A stretch of DNA of 39,956 nt from a virus (Duplodnaviria; Caudoviricetes), in IMG/VR virus record IMGVR_UViG_3300028866_000012, positions 1 through 39,956 of that record; one strand, 5' to 3'. Below the pieces are notes generated by a model that had not been told where the DNA came from, searched no databases, and saw nothing but the letters and a program-made list of their open reading frames with translations. This document shows positions 1-8,086 of the stretch, piece after piece. Every line of letters starts with the position of its first letter. Position 1 is the stretch's first letter. Made by a program: the position numbers and the translations under genes.

Positions 1-424
1 CCTGCTCTATGGCGGCGACAGCCGCCGTTGATGTGACCAGGCCGGGCTCGGTGCCGTGCGCCTCGGCGATCATCGTCTCGGCTACCTCGATGATTCGCCG
101 CCGCAGTGCGCAGTCCATGATGGACTCCGCATACTCTTTGATCATCAGCGTGCCGATCACCATCGAGGCGAGCTTCATCAGATAGACAACGCCACTCTCT
201 CCCTCAAACACCACATCCGCGAACGACTGCATCACGATCGGATCGACGGATCGCCCCTGCTCGATCCGTGAGCGCATGGCCTCGAACAGCAGGCCGTGCG
301 CCGGCCAGTAAAAATCCTCGCCAGAAAGCCCGGCGCATCGATCCACGGTTTTGTTGTTAACCAGGATCGCGCCTAGTAGTCCGCGTTCGGCGAGTAAGTT
401 TGCTGGCGGGCCTCGCTCAGCCAC
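1..424 (-). CDS. dnaB: Replicative helicase DnaB-like, N-terminal domain (runs off the window start)
   Basis: Manual translation from GTG at 424: MAERGPPANLLAERGLLGAILVNN...EDFYWPAHGLLFEAM...DPIVM...YLMKL...EYAESIMDCALRRRII. This fits the DnaB N-terminal pattern (P.n.eAE..lLGail; dFy...H..if; YA..i....lrR.li). The frame is open to base 1 and absent from the ORF track. Confidence 0.85.
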   Translation of the reverse strand, partial: MAERGPPANLLAERGLLGAILVNNKTVDRCAGLSGEDFYWPAHGLLFEAMRSRIEQGRSVDPIVMQSFADVVFEGESGVVYLMKLASMVIGTLMIKEYAESIMDCALRRRIIEVAETMIAEAHGTEPGLVTSTAAVAAIEQ

Positions 425-734
425 GCTCCCGCGATTTGCTGTCCGCCCCTACGGGCGGCGCGCTGCCGTGCAGGCGCCAGTCTGCATTGAACCCCGGTGG
501 GGCTGCTCGCCCCTGTGTTGTTTTTCTCATTTTCCCCTCACTTGCGGCGACAGGTAAAACCGGGCTTGTGTTGGCAACCCAGCCTTCTGCCTGCATTTTT
601 CGTTTGTAGGCGTCGGCTTCCTCTTTGGTCTTGAAGTCAACCGAATAATGGTCGGACTTGATATTCGATACCGTTTCGAGCGGCTGGATCAGGTGAACGC
701 GCCAGCCGACAACATCATCTCCGTCAGCCATCAT
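417..734 (-). CDS. Hypothetical protein (~105 aa)
   Basis: ATG at 734 overlaps the upstream stop (ATGA), and the stop overlaps the dnaB start. No motif recognised. Confidence 0.6.
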   Translation of the reverse strand: MMADGDDVVGWRVHLIQPLETVSNIKSDHYSVDFKTKEEADAYKRKMQAEGWVANTSPVLPVAASEGKMRKTTQGRAAPPGFNADWRLHGSAPPVGADSKSRERG

Positions 735-1327
735 GCCATCTCCAAAATCCGCTCGCCCACCGTCTCGTAGCATTTCTCCCAGTGGCACCTGCAATAGCTG
801 CCGCGCCAGACTGGGGATTCGCAAACCCGCCGCTCAAAGCGTGGTGTTCCATCGCTCCACAACGGGAACTGACAGTCATGCGCCGGCGGCACAATCAGCA
901 CGCGGACGGGATGCGCCGGCTGGGCCTGGCAGACCGGCAACCTGATCACCTTCGGCACAATCCGCGGCGGCAACGGCGGCAGCGGCGGCTCGATAGGTTC
1001 TTCGCGGACAATCCCCAGATAACAAGCGCGCTTGCGGCAGGAGTCCATCGAGCGGGGTGGAAGCACGCGGGCGATGTCAGCCCAGGATGAGCCGCGCTTC
1101 AACCCGCGTCTCAAGACAGCGTCTTCGTCCGCTGACCAGTACAGGCGATTCCCGTCCTTGACGATCTTGGGGCCAAGCCGCAGCCGTTCGGCCTTGCGCT
1201 TTATCGCCGCCCAGGTGACGCCCAGTTCGACGCTGACATCAGCGACGGTTTTATCCGGATCGCGCCACATGGCGGCCAGCCTGTCATCGCGTTCTTTCGG
1301 CCAGCGTGAGCCTGTTTTATTTCCCAT
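731..1327 (-). CDS. gcrA: GcrA-like transcriptional regulator with two N-terminal HTH/Myb-like repeats
   Basis: N-terminus WPKERDDRLAAMW...LGVTWAAIKRKAERLRL resembles GcrA WTdErv..Lk.lW...lG.tRnAvigK.hRL.L. A second repeat WSADEDAVLRRG..W.DIA follows, then a Pro linker and C-terminal CQFPLW...C...SYC..H. Confidence 0.7.
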   Translation of the reverse strand: MGNKTGSRWPKERDDRLAAMWRDPDKTVADVSVELGVTWAAIKRKAERLRLGPKIVKDGNRLYWSADEDAVLRRGLKRGSSWADIARVLPPRSMDSCRKRACYLGIVREEPIEPPLPPLPPRIVPKVIRLPVCQAQPAHPVRVLIVPPAHDCQFPLWSDGTPRFERRVCESPVWRGSYCRCHWEKCYETVGERILEMA

Positions 1328-1797
1328 TATGCCCTCTCGATTATTATTTCCGTGCGTTGTTCCTTGCGTGTCGCGCAGCGCTCCCAGCGGATGATGCGCG
1401 TCAGTCGCGCCGGATCATCGTCCTCGATCAGCCCCAGTGAGGACGGGTGAACCGAGCTTTGTATCAGCAGCAAATCCACCAGCGGCTTTGTCGAGCTGAC
1501 GTTGTTATCGTAATCGACGCCGCAGCCGGTCGAGACGCGGGTAATCGTGATCTGCGCTTTTTTCATCGGCGCATGACCAAGCCAGGGGCGAACGGCAGCC
1601 TCGACGTGAGGCCGCAGCCACTTCCTGTAGCGGGCCGCCTCGCTCCAGTGCCGCCCCAGCGTTTGCCGAGGCAGCTTGAGCAGAAACGGCAGGCAGAACT
1701 GCACGCTGTCGGGAAGGGCTGGCAGGGATTTCAACCCGTCCATCCTGGCACGGTAATCGGCGAGCCAGGCCTCATCCCAAGGCAGTGCGGCCCCCAT
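1327..1797 (-). CDS. rusA: RusA-like Holliday junction resolvase / endonuclease
   Basis: DYDNNVSSTKPLVDLL...GLIEDDD matches the RusA D.DN..K...D.L...G...DD motif, and the size is typical. Confidence 0.7.
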   Translation of the reverse strand: MGAALPWDEAWLADYRARMDGLKSLPALPDSVQFCLPFLLKLPRQTLGRHWSEAARYRKWLRPHVEAAVRPWLGHAPMKKAQITITRVSTGCGVDYDNNVSSTKPLVDLLLIQSSVHPSSLGLIEDDDPARLTRIIRWERCATRKEQRTEIIIERA

Positions 1798-1981
1798 CAA
1801 GTTTTTTGTTGATAACGAAAATCAGTTTTTGGACTGTAACCGCTCGGGGTGAACATTTGAGACGGCGCCAGCGGTAGTAGACTGTTGGTGAGACGCCCGC
1901 TTCTAAGCAGATACGACGCATGCTGATTCTGATGCTGTGCGCTGCATCTTCCAGCTCGGAGCATGTCGGAATGGTTAACAC
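1772..1981 (-). CDS. Cro/XRE-like HTH protein (~69 aa)
   Basis: From GTG 1981: ...ISMRRICLEAGVSPTVYYRWRRLKCSPRAVTVQKL, an HTH pattern. It is the first gene of the leftward operon at a divergent junction. Confidence 0.7.
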   Translation of the reverse strand: MLTIPTCSELEDAAHSIRISMRRICLEAGVSPTVYYRWRRLKCSPRAVTVQKLIFVINKKLDGGRTALG

Positions 1982-2010
1982 GCCCAAGACATAACTTCGC
2001 GTCTTGGGCG
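1981..2010. promoter_or_regulatory. Perfect 10-bp inverted repeat (candidate operator) within the leftward promoter
   Basis: CGCCCAAGAC (1981-1990) N10 GTCTTGGGCG (2001-2010). The minus strand reads TTGCTT-N17-TATGTC-N6-GTG. Confidence 0.55.
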
Positions 2011-2048
2011 AAGCAAGTGCGATTGTGTGCGTTTGCGTCTTTTTGTGC

Positions 2049-2077
2049 TTGTCGGAATTTTCCCGTCTTGGTAGAAA
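2049..2077 (+). promoter_or_regulatory. Candidate sigma70-type promoter of the rightward operon
   Basis: TTGTCG-N17-TAGAAA with TG before the -10, upstream of the AAAGGGGG RBS and ATG 2134. Confidence 0.4.
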
Positions 2078-2133
2078 GTCTGCATGCGCCTGCATGTTCG
2101 CAGTGTGGCGCCAAAGCAACAAAGGGGGTTTCC

Positions 2134-2655
2134 ATGTCAGCCAAACCACCCAGCGCTTTTCAGATTGAGGCAGCGCTTTCGAGACTGAATCGTGTTCGTG
2201 AGGCATTCGCCCGCGAAGAAATCCACGACGACGAAATGCTTGATCAGATCACCGGCGCCACCAGGGACGCCACAGAAATTCTTGGCGGTCTGCTGCGCGG
2301 TGCTGTCCATTATAGTGATCTGGCGATTGTCGCGGCCCAGCGCGCGGCGGCCATTGGTTTGCGCAAGGATCGTTTTCTGGCTCGCGAGCAGATCCTGCGC
2401 GATGAGGCCGCCCAGCTCGCCGCCGAGCTAGGCATCCGCAAACACGACTACGGCGACTTGGCTTTTTCGACGGCGCCCGGCAAAGAGAGCGTGGTCATCA
2501 CGAACCTGGAAAAGCTGCCGGCAGCGCTCAAAAAGGTGGATTTAAAAGTGACGCCCGACAAGAAAGCGATCTTGGAAGAACTGAAAAACGGCGTTGTCGT
2601 CGAGGGTGCCGAGCTGCGCAATCCGCAAAGCTACATCGTGATTCGAACCCGCTAG
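2134..2655 (+). CDS. Siphovirus Gp157-family protein
   Basis: Helical N-terminal half plus C-terminal SVVITNLEKLP...PDKKAILEELKNGVVVEGAELRN....IR, typical of Gp157. It lies next to a recombinase gene. RBS precedes ATG 2134. Confidence 0.75.
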   Translation: MSAKPPSAFQIEAALSRLNRVREAFAREEIHDDEMLDQITGATRDATEILGGLLRGAVHYSDLAIVAAQRAAAIGLRKDRFLAREQILRDEAAQLAAELGIRKHDYGDLAFSTAPGKESVVITNLEKLPAALKKVDLKVTPDKKAILEELKNGVVVEGAELRNPQSYIVIRTR

Positions 2656-2663
2656 GATCTGAC

Positions 2664-3743
2664 ATGAACGAAATTGTACCACACACGCCATCACCCGGCG
2701 GCGTGCTGCTGGAAGTGATCGCCCGCGCCGCGACCGACGAGCGGGTGAACATAGAGAAGATGATGGCCCTGCTGGAAATGCAGAACCGCATCCTGGATCG
2801 GGATGCGCTGGAGCAGTTCAACGCAGCGATGGCGGACTTCAATCACCGATGCGATCTGCGGGTTTCCAAGCTTGGTACAGCCAGCCTTGGCGGCAAGGGC
2901 TCATACAGCTTCGCCAAGTGGGAAGACATGGACGCCGTCATTCGGCCCGTCATGCGCGAGCTTGGCTTGTGGTTCTCTTTCGACGTGGTGAACGGCCCGT
3001 CTGGCTTGCACGTCAAGGGCACACTGCACCACCGCGGCGGCCACACGCAAACGGCGAGCCTGCCCATGCCGATCGACAGCGGGCCGGGGCGCAACCCGCT
3101 CCAGCAGATCGGCAGTACGTTGAGCTACGGCAAGCGATACTGCGCGGAGATGCTACTGAACATCGTGCGCGAGGACGAGGATGACGACGGGCATGCTGCT
3201 GCCGCGGGGCGCCGGCCTGCCGCACAGACCCGCTACACACCCGATCCCGAGCCGCCCGCCAGGGCGGCCGAGCTGACGTTTGAGCAAAAAGTGAGTGCGG
3301 CACTGAATGATCAACCGGATGGCGGCAAGTGGATCAAGCTGTTCGTGGCGGCTTGCGAGCGTGCCGAGACCGCCGATCAGCTCAACTATATTACCGCCAT
3401 GTCGGTGGTGAGGAAGACGATGGATCAGGCGCCAAGCACCGTCAGGGCCATCTTGCAGGATGCGCTGACGAAAGCCGTCAACCGGCTGTCTCCGAAGATG
3501 CCGCCCGAGCCAGAGCCGGAAGCTGACGTTGTTACGTATGTGCCGGACCCTGAGATCGATGCTGTCCTGCTGGTCGACCACATCCGAGAGGAAGTCGCCG
3601 AGATTACCGAGCTGACGACACTGAACAAGTGGAGCGAGGGCGCGGGAAGGGAGGTTTTGCGCGGGTTGCGCGAACGCAACCCGAAATGCTGGGGGCTGGC
3701 GGCAGCGGCTATTGACGCCCGCCGCATTGCGCTGGGAGGCTGA
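2664..3743 (+). CDS. erf: ERF-family single-strand annealing recombinase
   Basis: YSFAKWEDM..., QQIGSTLSYGKRY...EDEDDDG is the ERF signature (GS..sY.kRY...D.DG), followed by a variable C-terminal extension. Confidence 0.85.
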   Translation: MNEIVPHTPSPGGVLLEVIARAATDERVNIEKMMALLEMQNRILDRDALEQFNAAMADFNHRCDLRVSKLGTASLGGKGSYSFAKWEDMDAVIRPVMRELGLWFSFDVVNGPSGLHVKGTLHHRGGHTQTASLPMPIDSGPGRNPLQQIGSTLSYGKRYCAEMLLNIVREDEDDDGHAAAAGRRPAAQTRYTPDPEPPARAAELTFEQKVSAALNDQPDGGKWIKLFVAACERAETADQLNYITAMSVVRKTMDQAPSTVRAILQDALTKAVNRLSPKMPPEPEPEADVVTYVPDPEIDAVLLVDHIREEVAEITELTTLNKWSEGAGREVLRGLRERNPKCWGLAAAAIDARRIALGG

Positions 3744-3744
3744 C

Positions 3745-3846
3745 GTGAGCCCGGTCGGCATTCTGATCCTGGTTGCCGTCGCGGTCCTGATCGTCTGTCT
3801 GGTGGACGATTACCGCGACTGTGACGAAGATGCGCCCGACATTTAG
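3745..3846 (+). CDS. Small single-TM peptide (33 aa)
   Basis: GTG...TAG encodes MSPVGILILVAVAVLIVCLVDDYRDCDEDAPDI. It fills the gap between erf and the next gene, with GGAGG just upstream. Confidence 0.5.
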   Translation: MSPVGILILVAVAVLIVCLVDDYRDCDEDAPDI

Positions 3847-3856
3847 CGGGGTTTCC

Positions 3857-4795
3857 ATGTGGAAGATTTCAATCGCCGTGATCGGCTTGCTCTGTGCCGG
3901 GGAGGGCGCGGCGCTGGCGCAGAGCTGCACGGCGCCGGCGGTGGCGCCGCCGATCGCTCAGGCGGTGGGGTATGTGGTTAACACGTTTTCCACCGGGCCA
4001 TTCACGACCACGAACACCGATACCGGACTGACCTACGCCAAAGGCTACCAGTGGTATGGCTTCAACTTCTTCGGTGTGACCCCGACATTTGCCAACAACA
4101 CCATCAATGCCTCGGACGGCTCGATCACCGCCGGCCAGGGCGGGGATGGTTACAACTCGAACGTGGCCACGGCCGGCTACATCGCGACCGCGCCGGGATA
4201 CGTTGGCACGGCGTTTGGAGGCGGCGCCTATGTGCAGGCGATCGTCAAATTCAACGTGGCATCAGCCGACATATCAAACGGGTGGCCGTCCTTCTGGGCT
4301 AACGCCATGGAGGAGTACCTGGGGACAGCCCAGTGGCCGGGGCAGGCCACTGGCTACAACAACTTCATCGAGGCGGATCTGCTAGAGCATTTTCTGGGCG
4401 CCTACGGCACGATAAACCAGTATCAGGCGACGCTGATCAACTGGTACGGCATTCCGGCCAACCCGACGCCGCATATCACACAGTTTGTAGACCCCAGCGT
4501 ACCTGCAGCAAACTTCTCCAGCTATAATACTGTGGCTATGCTTTGGGTTCCGGCCACGGCGACTACAAGTGGATACGTGAATTACTACTGGAACGGAAGT
4601 GTTGTACAGTCCATCAGCTACACACAGTACCAGACATCCGACACGCCGCCGCTGACCAACAGCACGCCCTGGGCGTATGGCGTGATGGACGTTAATCACT
4701 TCGTCCTGCAATTCGGCTCGAACAACCAATATCCGATCACCGTTTACTCGGTTCAGGTCTGGCAGGCTAACAGCCTGTCTAACATGCACAACTAG
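3857..4795 (+). CDS. Secreted GH16-like (beta-jelly-roll) glycoside hydrolase
   Basis: Signal peptide MWKISIAVIGLLCAGEGAALA|Q. GWPSFW and EADLLE correspond to the GH16 WPAFW and ExDxxE motifs. C-terminal VYSVQVWQ. Confidence 0.65.
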   Translation: MWKISIAVIGLLCAGEGAALAQSCTAPAVAPPIAQAVGYVVNTFSTGPFTTTNTDTGLTYAKGYQWYGFNFFGVTPTFANNTINASDGSITAGQGGDGYNSNVATAGYIATAPGYVGTAFGGGAYVQAIVKFNVASADISNGWPSFWANAMEEYLGTAQWPGQATGYNNFIEADLLEHFLGAYGTINQYQATLINWYGIPANPTPHITQFVDPSVPAANFSSYNTVAMLWVPATATTSGYVNYYWNGSVVQSISYTQYQTSDTPPLTNSTPWAYGVMDVNHFVLQFGSNNQYPITVYSVQVWQANSLSNMHN

Positions 4796-4802
4796 GGACA
4801 CC

Positions 4803-5495
4803 ATGGGAAAATACACCTCGGCGGTGGCGATCTTCGCTGCCCTCTCCACACCCGCGTTCGCGTGGACGAACACCAACTACGGCCACGGCAACCAGATCGT
4901 TGACGGCGGCCCTGGAGCGCAGTCCAACAGCTATCAGCAGCAGCACCAGACCGCTACGGGCGGGGCTGGAGGAGCTGGGGGCAGTGCCAGCGGCGGCAGC
5001 GCTGCGGGCGGATCGGCGGCCTCCAGCGCCACGGGCGGCGCCGCCTCAGCCGGCAGTTCTCTGTCAGGCGTGGGTAACACCACCATCAACGCCAGAAGCG
5101 CCCCGAGCATGGGCCTGCCGTCGATCGGCGGGGGCGGGTTCGACTGTCCCGTTGTGGGGTTCGGCGCCGTTGGTGCCGGGTTAGGCGGGGGCGGCGGGAT
5201 CGGCCCGACCTGGATCAGCAAGTCTTGCAACAACCGCAAGGTGACCGAAATGCTCTACGGGCTGTTTGGCCCCGGTGTGGCGCGTGAATTCGCCATCGCC
5301 AATATCGATGGTGTCGCCGCCGCCGTCGCTGCCGCCAGCCAAACGAATGTGGTGGTTGTCGAGGCAATGCCCGTGCCGCCGGCGCCGCCCGGCGGCTGGG
5401 TTGGGCACTGCGATCACGTGGGGGCTGACGGCTACTGCTCCGCCGCCCCGGTCGTGCATCACAAGCCGCAGCACAAGGTCAAGTGCGTTAAGTAA
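4803..5495 (+). CDS. Secreted Gly/Ala/Ser-rich protein of unknown function
   Basis: Signal peptide MGKYTSAVAIFAALSTPAFA|W, then N/Q/G-rich and G/S/A-rich segments, five Cys and a Pro-rich tail. Confidence 0.75.
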   Translation: MGKYTSAVAIFAALSTPAFAWTNTNYGHGNQIVDGGPGAQSNSYQQQHQTATGGAGGAGGSASGGSAAGGSAASSATGGAASAGSSLSGVGNTTINARSAPSMGLPSIGGGGFDCPVVGFGAVGAGLGGGGGIGPTWISKSCNNRKVTEMLYGLFGPGVAREFAIANIDGVAAAVAAASQTNVVVVEAMPVPPAPPGGWVGHCDHVGADGYCSAAPVVHHKPQHKVKCVK

Positions 5496-6012
5496 CGCCG
5501 GCGTAGATGTTGGACAGCGCCTGACAATCCAAGGCCCGGCGGTAGAGGCCGGGATATTTCGCCTGATAGCCAAGGTCGTTGTAGTAGGCCGCGCGCAAGC
5601 CATAGACCTTGGCTATGAGCGTGGCCGGCGTGAACGTGTTGAGGGTGGCGATGGTTTGCTGATCCAGCACGCCGGTCAAGCCAGCGCCAATGGCGGACTG
5701 GATTTCCGCCGCGGCGCCACCGCTCGTCCATGTCCAGTCAATGATGGAGATGGCCACGCCCGGCAGCATCGAAGGCGCAAACTGACGATCCCAGAACCAC
5801 ACCAGCGCCAGCCTCATTGCCTGATCCTGGGTCAGCGCTGAGAAGGTTGCCACATCAGTTGCGACGCAGCCGCCGTAGAGTTGTGCCACGCGCCACGTCG
5901 GATAGGTCCAGCCCCAGTGCGTAGCGCCCGCGCCGTCGTTAGTGCTGTCGTTGGCGCTGCCGTCGTTGTTCGGCAGTTGCACGAACTGCCACCACACGTC
6001 GAAATTGTCCAT
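5488..6012 (-). CDS. Endolysin, GH108-like with peptidoglycan-binding C-terminus
   Basis: DGAGATHWGWT (cf. DPGGaT.wGIT), LTQDQA...FWD, D...TSG, IQSAIG...GVLDQQT and R..YY..L...PGLYRR follow the GH108 layout. It is the last gene of the late operon. Confidence 0.7.
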   Translation of the reverse strand: MDNFDVWWQFVQLPNNDGSANDSTNDGAGATHWGWTYPTWRVAQLYGGCVATDVATFSALTQDQAMRLALVWFWDRQFAPSMLPGVAISIIDWTWTSGGAAAEIQSAIGAGLTGVLDQQTIATLNTFTPATLIAKVYGLRAAYYNDLGYQAKYPGLYRRALDCQALSNIYAGVT

Positions 6013-6017
6013 AAAAC

Positions 6018-7871
6018 CTACTGAACGAGGGTGTTGAGGATACCGACAAGCATGCTGGTGATGATGGCGTGCCCCAGATCATTGGGATGGATCTGGTCGG
6101 AATAGTAATACGTCAGATTGGTGTTGGCCCCTGCCGGCCCGATCTGGGGGTTGGCGGCGATATCGCAGATCGCGACAGCCCCCGCCGCCAGCGCGCCAGC
6201 GCGGATCAGGCTGTTGTAGATGATGCGGAACGGCTCGACGCTGTTCCTGGGCAGCATCGTCATCACAATAACCTTCCATCCCGTCGCGGCTGCGGCGGCG
6301 ATGTAAGCCTGACAGTATCCCCACGTCGTCACCGCCGCCGCCCCAGCGGCGGCATCGTTGGTGCCGCCCAGCAGCACCAGGAAGTTCTGCCCTGCGGCGG
6401 CGTTGTACAGCGGGGCAATGATGGTCGGGTAGTTGGTTTGCAGGGTCTGCATGGTCTGCCCTGACACGCCGGTATTGTAGGCCCGCAACGGCATTGGCGC
6501 CTGCTCGGGAACCAGGGACGAGAAGCCGAACCAGCCGAGGCCGTTGACGCCCACCGTCATGCTGTCGCCGTCAAACAGGATGGTGCTGGCGATGTACTGC
6601 GGCGCCAGGCCGAACGTGTTGTAGCAGGAGCCGGCAACCGCTGTGCGCATCGCCGCGGTCAGGCCGTAGCCGTAGACCATGACCGCGAGCAGATCGCCGT
6701 TGAGCTGATTGCCGGTGGCTACCGCACTGTTGCCGATCAGACCGCCGGTGATGGTCTGCGTGCTGGTGTTGGTGAAAGCAGTCCCGTTGCTTTCGTTGAT
6801 CCACAGCGAGGCGCCGCCGGCGCCGCTAAGCGATGTGCCGATGAAGACGCTCGGCTCGTGATCGCCCGGCTGGAGGGCCGAGACGTTGGTATCGGTGGTG
6901 AAGTCGGCGCCGGCGGCGCCCGCCAGGATGTTGGCGGAGAAATACAGGCCCGCCTGATGCGATGTGCCAGCCTCAACCAGCGTGGCATTCAACGCCCGGC
7001 TTGAGGTGAGCCGGCCGACTGCCACCAGGGCCAGCGCCGGGTGCGTGAGCGACACGCCGATTGGCATAGTCAGAGACTTGACCACCGTGCTCTGCTGACC
7101 GTCAAAACAGAGGCTCATGTGGCCGTTTATGCTGTTGCGGTAGATCCACGGCATGTTGGCCACCGTCGCCTGTGTGGCGTCGTAGCCGTTGCCGCTTTGG
7201 TCGTACCAGGTGGTGACCTGGGCCGCGAGTCCGGCGCCCGTGGCGCTGGAGAGGTAGAGGCTCAGCGTGGCAACATCGAGCAGTCCCGCGCTGGTAAAAC
7301 CAACGTTGAACTGAAAATTGTCGTACTGGCGGTTAACCTTGATGCAGTTGCCGCCATAGGATTTCCGCAGCAGCACCATGCCATAACAGGCCACCGGCGC
7401 GGTCGAGAGCATGTCGCCCGGCAGCGCCAGGAAGGGAAACTCGGTCACCGCCCACACCGCCTGCCCGGCAGTGTTTGAGGTGTTGGTGTAGGCAATGTTG
7501 GTGGCGGTGTTCAGCCAGAGCGCGCCAACCGGGTAGCCGTGCGCCACGTCATCGAGGGGGCCGGGGTTGCGGGTTGCCGCTCCGCGGAACCCGCCGCCGA
7601 GGTTGAGCGGCGCCATAACGGTGCGTATCCAGCGCCCGACCGAGACGCCGGTGACCTGAAAAACGCTGGCGCCGTTGTCAGCGAGCGTTGAGGTGGCATT
7701 CCAGTAATAAGCCCCCGCGCCAGCGTCACCGGGAGCATCGATGCCAACGCAGTAGACCAGCGAGTTGGCCGGCGCGTTACTTAGCGTGCGCAAGGTCGGC
7801 GCGAGGAAGCCGCCCTGGATGAAGCCGGACGGTGAGGCTGTGAACCCGGTGGAGTACGCGGGAAGCGCCAT
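6018..7871 (-). CDS. Tailspike-like protein: N-terminal tailspike module, ConA/LamG-like domain, C-terminal SGNH/GDSL esterase
   Basis: All four SGNH blocks are present: GDSMT, GVSG, GGTND, DQIHP. The middle carries a WYDQSGNG..ATQ lectin-like motif. N-terminal GDAGAGAYYW...DNG...RW module. No signal peptide. Confidence 0.8.
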   Translation of the reverse strand: MALPAYSTGFTASPSGFIQGGFLAPTLRTLSNAPANSLVYCVGIDAPGDAGAGAYYWNATSTLADNGASVFQVTGVSVGRWIRTVMAPLNLGGGFRGAATRNPGPLDDVAHGYPVGALWLNTATNIAYTNTSNTAGQAVWAVTEFPFLALPGDMLSTAPVACYGMVLLRKSYGGNCIKVNRQYDNFQFNVGFTSAGLLDVATLSLYLSSATGAGLAAQVTTWYDQSGNGYDATQATVANMPWIYRNSINGHMSLCFDGQQSTVVKSLTMPIGVSLTHPALALVAVGRLTSSRALNATLVEAGTSHQAGLYFSANILAGAAGADFTTDTNVSALQPGDHEPSVFIGTSLSGAGGASLWINESNGTAFTNTSTQTITGGLIGNSAVATGNQLNGDLLAVMVYGYGLTAAMRTAVAGSCYNTFGLAPQYIASTILFDGDSMTVGVNGLGWFGFSSLVPEQAPMPLRAYNTGVSGQTMQTLQTNYPTIIAPLYNAAAGQNFLVLLGGTNDAAAGAAAVTTWGYCQAYIAAAAATGWKVIVMTMLPRNSVEPFRIIYNSLIRAGALAAGAVAICDIAANPQIGPAGANTNLTYYYSDQIHPNDLGHAIITSMLVGILNTLVQ

Positions 7872-8086
7872 TACGCCGCCGGCGGCGTCGTAGACGGAAT
7901 CCAGGCCGAGACGTAATGCACGAAGGCCCCGAGCAGCACGGTCAGCGCCGCCGCCACCTCAGCCGGCATGGCGATGCCTTTGCTGGCCAGAAGCCAGGCA
8001 AAAACGACCACGGCTGCCGCCGCGCTGGAGTTGCTGGCGGCCGATGTAGAGAGCGTTGTGGTGTTTGTGTTCACGGAATCTGCCAT
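7871..8086 (-). CDS. Putative holin (two TM segments, 71 aa)
   Basis: AAAAVVVFAWLLA and VAAALTVLLGAFVHYV are separated by MPAEV. TAATG coupling to the next gene; lies near the endolysin. Confidence 0.6.
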   Translation of the reverse strand: MADSVNTNTTTLSTSAASNSSAAAAVVVFAWLLASKGIAMPAEVAAALTVLLGAFVHYVSAWIPSTTPPAA

